The notes below the pieces were generated by a model. The model was not told the origin of the DNA and did not search any database. It saw nothing but the letters and a program-made list of their open reading frames with translations. From a virus (Duplodnaviria > Heunggongvirae > Uroviricota > Caudoviricetes), in IMG/VR virus record IMGVR_UViG_3300029305_004082: 43,780 nucleotides of DNA. The stretch is one strand, 5' to 3'. Numbering within the stretch: position 1 is the first letter of the stretch; each line of letters opens with the position of its first letter. Made by a program: the position numbers and the translations under genes. This document shows positions 37,263 through 43,780 of this stretch, in pieces.

Positions 37263-38241
37263 CCAGCGAGTATTCTTCGTCGAGCTCCTTGCTGCCCGTC
37301 AGCAAATTCTTCAAAGGCCGCAGGATAAAGCGCTCCATGTACTCGCCTATCTTATCAAAGTCGTTGAACAGTTGTTTGTCTTTATAATATTCGGCAGGAC
37401 AATACATCTCTATCATCGCAAGGTTTTCACCCAACGCCTTTTCCTGCCTATTTTTATCTATGTCTTTTTGCTTCTTGGGGTTGAGGTTTGCATTCTTTGC
37501 TGTTTCCTGATAAAGCTTTTTAAGTTTCTGGATGGAATCAACATCGTTCTTGGCAAAAGCTCTGGTCTGCAACACTTTCAGCTCGCACAGGTCTCGGATA
37601 TAAACCTCTTGCATCGGGTCTTCCGTGGTGCGTTGGTCATTAAGTTGGTCATAATGATTCTGCATCAAAATCATTTCATCAATCGTGTAACCGGCACCCC
37701 AGAAATCGTAAATCTCTTTGGTGATTTCAGTAGTTTGCGAAGCAACCTTCTCCTCAAATTCCTCATCTGTATAAATACCGAGCATTTGCTGTTCAGCCAG
37801 ATAGTCATCGTAGGTCTTTATTCCCTCACGGGTCAGATTAAGATTGCTGATATACCTTTTTATACGGGTTTGCTTATTGCTTTCAGCAGTACGGGTCTGG
37901 GTCAGTATCTTTTCGTCCAGATACATATCCAGATGTAAGCACATGCGCCGCAGAGCATCGTCTTGATTGCCAAGGATAGTCTGGTACTGTGTAATAAAGC
38001 TTTCCAGACACTTATTGCAAATAGTCAACCTGTGGTTATTTCCAGCAAAGAAAGGACTGTTTGAATGGGAGAAGTTCTTATCTTGGTTGGTATATACGTT
38101 GCCACAGGCGCTACATTTAAACTCGGTTTCTTCTTGTGTTTGCCTGTAATTAGCGTCGGGTCTATTAACCCGCTCAGGCTTTTTCTTTTTTAGTGTTGAT
38201 TTAAGGAGGCCATCCGGCACCGTATCTACTTGCTTTGCCAT
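37246..38241 (-). CDS. Putative terminase small subunit (zinc-binding N-domain)
   Basis: CSAC...CNKC pair; overlaps the terL start; ATG 38241 has RBS AGAAAGGA. Confidence 0.55.
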   Translation of the reverse strand: MAKQVDTVPDGLLKSTLKKKKPERVNRPDANYRQTQEETEFKCSACGNVYTNQDKNFSHSNSPFFAGNNHRLTICNKCLESFITQYQTILGNQDDALRRMCLHLDMYLDEKILTQTRTAESNKQTRIKRYISNLNLTREGIKTYDDYLAEQQMLGIYTDEEFEEKVASQTTEITKEIYDFWGAGYTIDEMILMQNHYDQLNDQRTTEDPMQEVYIRDLCELKVLQTRAFAKNDVDSIQKLKKLYQETAKNANLNPKKQKDIDKNRQEKALGENLAMIEMYCPAEYYKDKQLFNDFDKIGEYMERFILRPLKNLLTGSKELDEEYSLGGNDS

Positions 38242-38451
38242 CGCTTTGTCCTTTCTCATTGCAAACTTGTTTCATTTGCGAAGCAAGTTTTCAATGTTGA
38301 ATACTGGGAATATTTGTCTTATAATTAGATGGGGTCATCATTGTGGGTATAATGGTGATACCTGGGGACCTTATCAAAGAGCGGGGAACATAACCCCGCT
38401 CTTTCCTCTTTGTATGAAGTCGGGGATTTCTTGCTCGCAACGTGTTAAAAT

Positions 38452-38477
38452 AAAAAAGGGGCTGCCGCAGCAGCCCC
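38452..38477 (-). terminator. Intrinsic terminator downstream of HU gene
   Basis: GGGGCUGC-UGCG-GCAGCCCC followed by UUUUUU. Confidence 0.7.
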
Positions 38478-38557
38478 AACATCAATTGAGCTTTATTTAT
38501 ATTATGGTGGTCGCGCTCTACGACCACATCATCACTTGCAAGAGGTTCGAAAGGGAT

Positions 38558-38857
38558 TTAAACCTCTGAATTAACTTCTTGTGCCGCAATGGTATCCTTA
38601 AACTTTTCCGTATACTCGAAATCTGGATAACGGCGAGGCGGATACTCCTGCGTGCATTTTGTCTTGAAGTTATACCGTTTAGTTGCAGGAGCGGTACGTA
38701 TAACAAAACGCCCCACACCTTCCAACCAAATAGGGTCACCACTTTCAAGCTTATATTTTACGTAATCGCAAATCTCATCGTACAGCTCTTCGGACGATGC
38801 GATAGTGTAGCCGTAACGCTTTGCGAACTCACGTATGGTTTTCTTTTTTGAATACAT
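38558..38857 (-). CDS. HU/IHF-family DNA-binding protein
   Basis: KKTIREFAKR..L.SGDPIWLEGVGRFVIR..R.N.KT..PPRRYPDF..KFKD matches the HU fold. Confidence 0.82.
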   Translation of the reverse strand: MYSKKKTIREFAKRYGYTIASSEELYDEICDYVKYKLESGDPIWLEGVGRFVIRTAPATKRYNFKTKCTQEYPPRRYPDFEYTEKFKDTIAAQEVNSEV

Positions 38858-38880
38858 TTGGTATCATTCCTTTGCTGTTT

Positions 38881-39864
38881 TTAGTTGAGGCAAACAAGCT
38901 TGGTGAAATCACGCATCTCCTTACCGTCTTTATCAAGGCAAAGATATATGAATCCTTGCTTCTGGCTGTTAACAAGCTTGCCGTCATTGTACATCATCGA
39001 ATCGGTCTTGCAACAAGCACCCTGCTCATACAGAGCGGTGTTACCAACGATGTACTGACCAAGCCTGTGAGTGTGGGCCATAACGAGGGTAGAGAACTTG
39101 TAGCCCTCATTGCGGAACCACAGCATTGCATCGTTTGCGGTCTTCATTGGCGCAGACTTAAATGCCAGAGGGTGTGCGAAGATGACTTCGCCAACCTGCC
39201 AGAACCAATTGTTTGCGTATTCAATTTCGATATTATCAAATATGTTTGCGAGAGGCTCGTACCATGTTTTGGTGCGGGTTTCCTTATCATAATGATGGAA
39301 GCCATCAACGATGATAAGTTCGAGCGCCGTCAGAGGCATGAGCTCCAAAATGTCGGTGTCAAGGTTTTTGACCAGATAATTCTGAAGCCTCTGGTCGTGA
39401 TTGCCGTAAGTGACGGCAACCTTCTTGGGCTGGATATATTCGATAAGAGATATCAGATATTCCCGCGCCGCAATAATTTCTTCCATGGGACTCTTGCGGT
39501 ACGCCTTGGGGAACTTGGAGATAGAGTAGCCGTCTACCACGTCGCCGTTAATCTGCAACAGGTCTACGCAACCAACGTAATCCTTAAACACTTCAACGGG
39601 ATGTTGGAAAGGAACATGCAGGTCGCTTATGCTCAGCACACGCAACGCAATGCCGGAACGTCCCTTCTCTCGTTCGTAAATGCGGCCGCGATTAAATGCG
39701 GCGTATTCCTTGCGGTAAGCGCAGGAGCCGCGAGGGTTTGTATTATCGGGCTCGTCATTAAGAATGTCGGCAATCTTATCACAGGTCAGACCGTATTCCG
39801 CCTTGTTTTCAAAAAGGCGTATCATGTAATCCTCAAAAGTTTCATAATCGAACCTTGTTATCAT
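38881..39864 (-). CDS. Calcineurin-like metallophosphoesterase
   Basis: SDLH, GDVVD, GNHD, AH and AHTH motifs. Confidence 0.85.
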   Translation of the reverse strand: MITRFDYETFEDYMIRLFENKAEYGLTCDKIADILNDEPDNTNPRGSCAYRKEYAAFNRGRIYEREKGRSGIALRVLSISDLHVPFQHPVEVFKDYVGCVDLLQINGDVVDGYSISKFPKAYRKSPMEEIIAAREYLISLIEYIQPKKVAVTYGNHDQRLQNYLVKNLDTDILELMPLTALELIIVDGFHHYDKETRTKTWYEPLANIFDNIEIEYANNWFWQVGEVIFAHPLAFKSAPMKTANDAMLWFRNEGYKFSTLVMAHTHRLGQYIVGNTALYEQGACCKTDSMMYNDGKLVNSQKQGFIYLCLDKDGKEMRDFTKLVCLN

Positions 39865-40046
39865 CGGCTATACCTCTTGCCGTTATTTCGCTTTGCAACA
39901 ATGGCACGAGCCTGCGGATTACTCTTCAGCGCTTTCATTACGCTGAATTCTTCGGTGCAGTAGTACCGATGCTTGGTACGATGGATATGAGTATTGGGGA
40001 ACTTTTCGCGGATAAATTCAGATTCTTTCTTAGTAATTTCTATCAT
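39861..40046 (-). CDS. Small basic hypothetical protein (about 61 aa)
   Basis: MIEITKKESEFIREKFP..; RBS AAGGAG upstream; ATGA overlap with the next gene. Confidence 0.5.
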   Translation of the reverse strand: MIEITKKESEFIREKFPNTHIHRTKHRYYCTEEFSVMKALKSNPQARAIVAKRNNGKRYSR

Positions 40047-40221
40047 TGATATGTTTCTTTCTCCTTGCATATTTGGTGGTATATCCACCCTAAGCTAAAA
40101 TTAAGCCGCTTTAAGCCGCATGCGGAAAATCCAAGCAAACAGGGCGTTTTTTCGAATACCCGTCTTGTATAGAGGGGTGTATAAAATTCCAAAGCAATGT
40201 ATAAAAATGCAAGATTACTCC

Positions 40222-43200
40222 CTATACAAGAGAGTAACTTGCACCATATAGGACGATATTTCCATCATTATTTGCACGTAACTGCGGTACGGCAGTGTGG
40301 GATTCGCGGATGATTTTAAACAGGCTTTCATTTCCAGCGGAGAACAGAGTTTCCATTAAACTCATAGGTACGTTAATAGCCTTCTTCTCCATTATGCGGA
40401 AGAGCAGTCTGGCGGTAGTGGCGTCAAACTTAACGGAGCGCAGGAACTCAACCTGTTCGTTCATAAGGTCTTCTGCAAGCATAAATTTCTCAGCGGGGGA
40501 GATGTTGTCATTTATGTCGCTACCCCAAACCGCCTTAAGCTTGCGACTTGTTTCTTTCGCCATATCTACAATCTTCTGGACACGTCTGCGGTGAGTATTA
40601 GTGATGTGCTCAGGAGAAGGGGAGATGATGTGCGAGAATGGAACATACTCATATTTAGGTACGGTTATATATCCGCGAGAGTTCAACACAGTCTGCACGT
40701 AATCCATAGTGGTCTTGTGTTTCTTGTAATTGTTGCGGTGGGGGTTGTAGTATCCTTTGGCCTTGCTGACAGGCTTAAAGAAGTTGGGTTTTATTTCACG
40801 GTTATCTTCATCTCTAAGCTCATGCTTCTTCTTCAGCTTGGTAAGCTCCTTCGGTATGTCTACCGGCAAATGCTTCTTTGCCGCATCAATAGAAAGATTG
40901 CTCAGCACGTCGAGATAGGATATGTCGCGATACAAGCTCTGTATTTCTTCACTATGTACATCAGCGCCGTTGTTTACGGCATCCCACAGGCGGCTATTAA
41001 GCACCTGCGATAAATTAATAACCTCACCAATCTTATTTACGGACGTTTTAACATCCAAGTCAGCAAGGTCTTCATCACAGTATGTTCTTTTCATTTTGAC
41101 CGCTTCAATCAGACGAGTAGGTACTGCAAAGTTGTCGTAGTTGCGCTGAGCTGCCTTAATGAGTATGGGGTCGTCGGTAATAAGTACAGTATCCGAGTCA
41201 AACCTTTATACCGTGGCTTTCGCCATACTTTAACGCTCCTCGTAGGAGCCGGAGTAGACTATCTCTTCACGTCAGAGACGTGCTTGGCGCTTCGCAATGC
41301 CGAGTTTCACGGCAAAGCTACTTCCTTTCGGAATAGTCGTTACACGTTCCGGTGTTTGGCTCACCGGCTTCGCACGATGTTTACATGTGGCTTCATGTTT
41401 AGGCATATTTATAACGGTGTCCATAAGCGACACCGTTTTCTTTCAAGGCTTTTGCTATATAGTTGCTGGCCGAATAGGGATGTTTACACTTTGCAATACC
41501 TTTATCAATCAGGTAATTCGAACACTCTGCAATGTAATTAAATTGCCCAATCTCATTCCAATCCAAATCAAACATGATAATTGGTGTAGCTCTTCCGTTT
41601 TGAGCCCCGGGACGACCAAGCAACGCTTTTTCTTCTGGATGAGCAGCGTAATAATCTTTAAGTTTTGTTCCACCATAATTGGAATTGTCCGCACCATAAT
41701 GCTTATATTTTCCAAGGTTTGCAGAATACGCTACATTTTCAGCATGTGTTAACCATTCGAGGTTTTCTGCGGTATTATTTGTTCTATTCGTATCTTTATG
41801 GTTAACTTCGAGCCCCAGGTTATAACCTTCGACGAATGCACGAGCAACTAAGATATGGATATTATGACGCCTGCTAATTCCATCACGGCTCAGCTTAACC
41901 ATGAGATACCCATCCTCGTTTGTATATTTTGTCATTTCCCTGCATCGCCGAGGTTGTTTAACCCCATCTGCTTTTTCTATTATTCTATCGACAGAACGAA
42001 CATTACCAATATTGCTAACCTCGTAATATCCTTCATACCCAACAACGGGTTTCCAAATCTCTTCTACAATATCACCTTCTTTATAGTTTATACGAAGCCA
42101 TTTAGTAGTCCATCGTTAGCAGTTACGGTGCCAAACCCGCAACCACACCCCACATGTGTGGGTTCACCAAGTTTTCATTTGCGTATCGCTACGCAAAGCG
42201 ACCATTGTGTTAATCGCTTCCGCTAAGTCTTTCCAACAGATTCTCATTAATGCTGTTCACATAAATGATTTCATCCGTTGCTCGGAAATAGCGGTCTATC
42301 TCTTCATTATACTTATTGACGCACAACAGAATATTTCCAGCGCAAACATGAGGGGAGCGGGAACCGAGCAGGGTTTGTCCGTCCGCAAATCGTGAGTTAT
42401 ATACGGTGCCGGGGGCAATACAAGATGTACCATCAAACCGACCAATGGCAGACTTGAGCATCTCCATAGGGTTGCCGCACAGAGTGCAGTATGTACCGTT
42501 AACCAGCACGTGCCCCTTACGCATGTCGTTAATAAAAGAGCTAATATTGTCGTCGCGGTATTTTGCGTACATCTTGGTTTTAGTGAACTCATCGTTCAGC
42601 CCCAAGAACTTATAAACAATCTCGTTGCGAGACATCAGTTTCTCGGTCTGGAAACCACTCTTCTGGTTAAACTTAACATGATGACGGAACACTGCAGGAT
42701 TGGTTTTGAGCAGTCTCGCATAGTCCAGAGAGGGCTGCAGGAACTCACGCACTTCATCTGTGAACATCTGCAGGCTGTTGAGCAGTTGGTAGTGAGTCTG
42801 CACCAGTCTGCCGCCCATAAAGTGCGTAGGCTTCTCATGCTTAACAATGCCGAAAGTAGGGTCAAGGTTATCCAACCACTTATCAAAGGAACCGAATTTT
42901 AAATACTTTATAGAAGAGGGGGTTGTTATAAGCTTGATGTCCTTAATGTCGGTCGCTCTGGTTTTGCCGCACAACTGTGACACCTCGGTAATACCGTTAT
43001 CCGCAAAGAACTGCTGTATGTTGCAATGGAACGCCGCACTCTTGAAGAAGCGGTTGCGCAGAAGCATAAATCCATACTGGCGGTAATTTCCAAAGAATGA
43101 AGTATCAAGTAGAGATTCACCGTCGAAGATGCTATTGCAGATGTTGGCGGTCTTCTGTTCCGTCATGACCTCACCCTTATCATTCAAGTAGGTCATTACC

Positions 43201-43780
43201 GCCTCATCGCTAAACTTACTTTCGTAATCGTCGATGAGCAGAATGTTCTCAGGCCGAATTTCCATCGTGTCGATGATAGAGGAAGAAGTGAGGGAGATGT
43301 AGCTTTCAAGTGCCGCAAGGTCCACAGGGTCATTGCGATAAATGGGCAGACCCGCCATATCCCACGTATGCATTCTGCCATACATCTTCTCGTCTATAAA
43401 ATTACACTTACCAACACGAGCACTGCCTGCGCTGCGCTTATAGCGACAATAGTGAGTGCCGTCAAGGTTGAAACCATTCTTGTATATCCAATGACGCAAC
43501 TCAGCGCGGGACATTACTTGGGGCATTACATCTTTGGCGACATACACACCATCTTCCATCCAGAAAAGGTTGCCGAGTATTTCGGCGGAGACAGGGTTTT
43601 CGACAGGCATTCCTGTTTGCACTGCAATCAGCACCCCGTCACGGTAGTCGATATTATCAACCAACTGGACATCGCTGTAACCGTATCCATGCCGTATATA
43701 CAGGCCGTTGCTCAGGCGGTTGTATTGTTTAATGGAATACTTGAAGGTTACGTTAATGATGCGGGTGCTGTACTCCTTGT
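40222..43780 (-). CDS. yonO: YonO-like single-subunit DNA-dependent RNA polymerase, split by a group I intron; 5' end outside the window
   Basis: Frame is open to the window edge (KEYSTRIINVTFKYS..). KRSAGSARVGKC, IFDGESL, LLRNRFFKSAAF, SRSPH. Exon 1 ends at 42213 and exon 2 runs 41202-40222; splicing gives SGSDFDSD and at least 848 aa. Confidence 0.88.
41203..42212 (-). ncRNA. Group I intron (IA-type, 1010 nt) carrying a homing endonuclease
   Basis: P1: exon GAAGCGAU pairs with GUCGCUUU (U.G at the site). P3 CUUGGU/GCCAAG, P4 ACGAUG/CAUCGU, P6 arm CCGGUG/CACCGG, R GUAACGACUA, S AAGAGAUAGUC (P7 GACUA/UAGUC), P7.1 UUCC-GAAA-GGAA, P8 CACGUC/GACGUG. Terminal G. Confidence 0.93.
41399..42067 (-). 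CDS. Intron-encoded NUMOD4-HNH homing endonuclease (I-HmuI-like architecture)
   Basis: The frame extends 44 codons upstream of the track's ATG: EEIWKPVVGYEGYYEVSNIGNVRS (NUMOD4), then HILVARAF..VNHKDTNRTNN..NLEW.T..EN (HNH) and a NUMOD1-like C-terminus. Start codon uncertain. Confidence 0.88.
   Translation of the reverse strand, partial: VEEIWKPVVGYEGYYEVSNIGNVRSVDRIIEKADGVKQPRRCREMTKYTNEDGYLMVKLSRDGISRRHNIHILVARAFVEGYNLGLEVNHKDTNRTNNTAENLEWLTHAENVAYSANLGKYKHYGADNSNYGGTKLKDYYAAHPEEKALLGRPGAQNGRATPIIMFDLDWNEIGQFNYIAECSNYLIDKGIAKCKHPYSASNYIAKALKENGVAYGHRYKYA

Noticed and set aside
38291-38748. ORFs 38291-38527 and 38518-38748
   Set aside because: One crosses a strong terminator and hairpins, the other overlaps HU out of frame; no RBS or motifs.
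1-43780. CRISPR arrays, tRNA/rRNA genes, integrase or att sites
   Set aside because: No regularly spaced repeats, cloverleaf or recombinase motifs seen by eye; the window is almost fully coding.

Overview
This window is the late-gene region of a large SPbeta-like siphovirus, probably infecting a Clostridia-type Firmicute. Whether it is a prophage or a free phage cannot be told from the window. Every supported gene is on the minus strand. In transcription order (right to left) it encodes a YonO-like single-subunit RNA polymerase cut by the window edge, a metallophosphoesterase, HU, small and large terminase, portal, protease/scaffold, capsid, head-tail and tail-tube genes. Next comes an inserted non-structural cassette (RuvC-like, ClpP-like, beta-CASP nuclease), then tape measure, Dit, Tal and about 14 tail-fibre/baseplate genes. 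It ends with a sortase-anchored (IPKTG) surface protein, a free-standing GIY-YIG endonuclease, an NlpC/P60-SH3 endolysin and a holin-like gene. The main structure hidden from the ORF track is three group I introns, resolved here by hand to the nucleotide. One (41203-42212) carries a NUMOD4-HNH endonuclease and splits the RNA polymerase catalytic motif GSD|FDSD. Two related ORF-less introns (20203-20527 and 19311-19616) split the tape measure gene, and removing them restores a 1611-aa frame. Family assignments come from motif recognition only; no searches were run.
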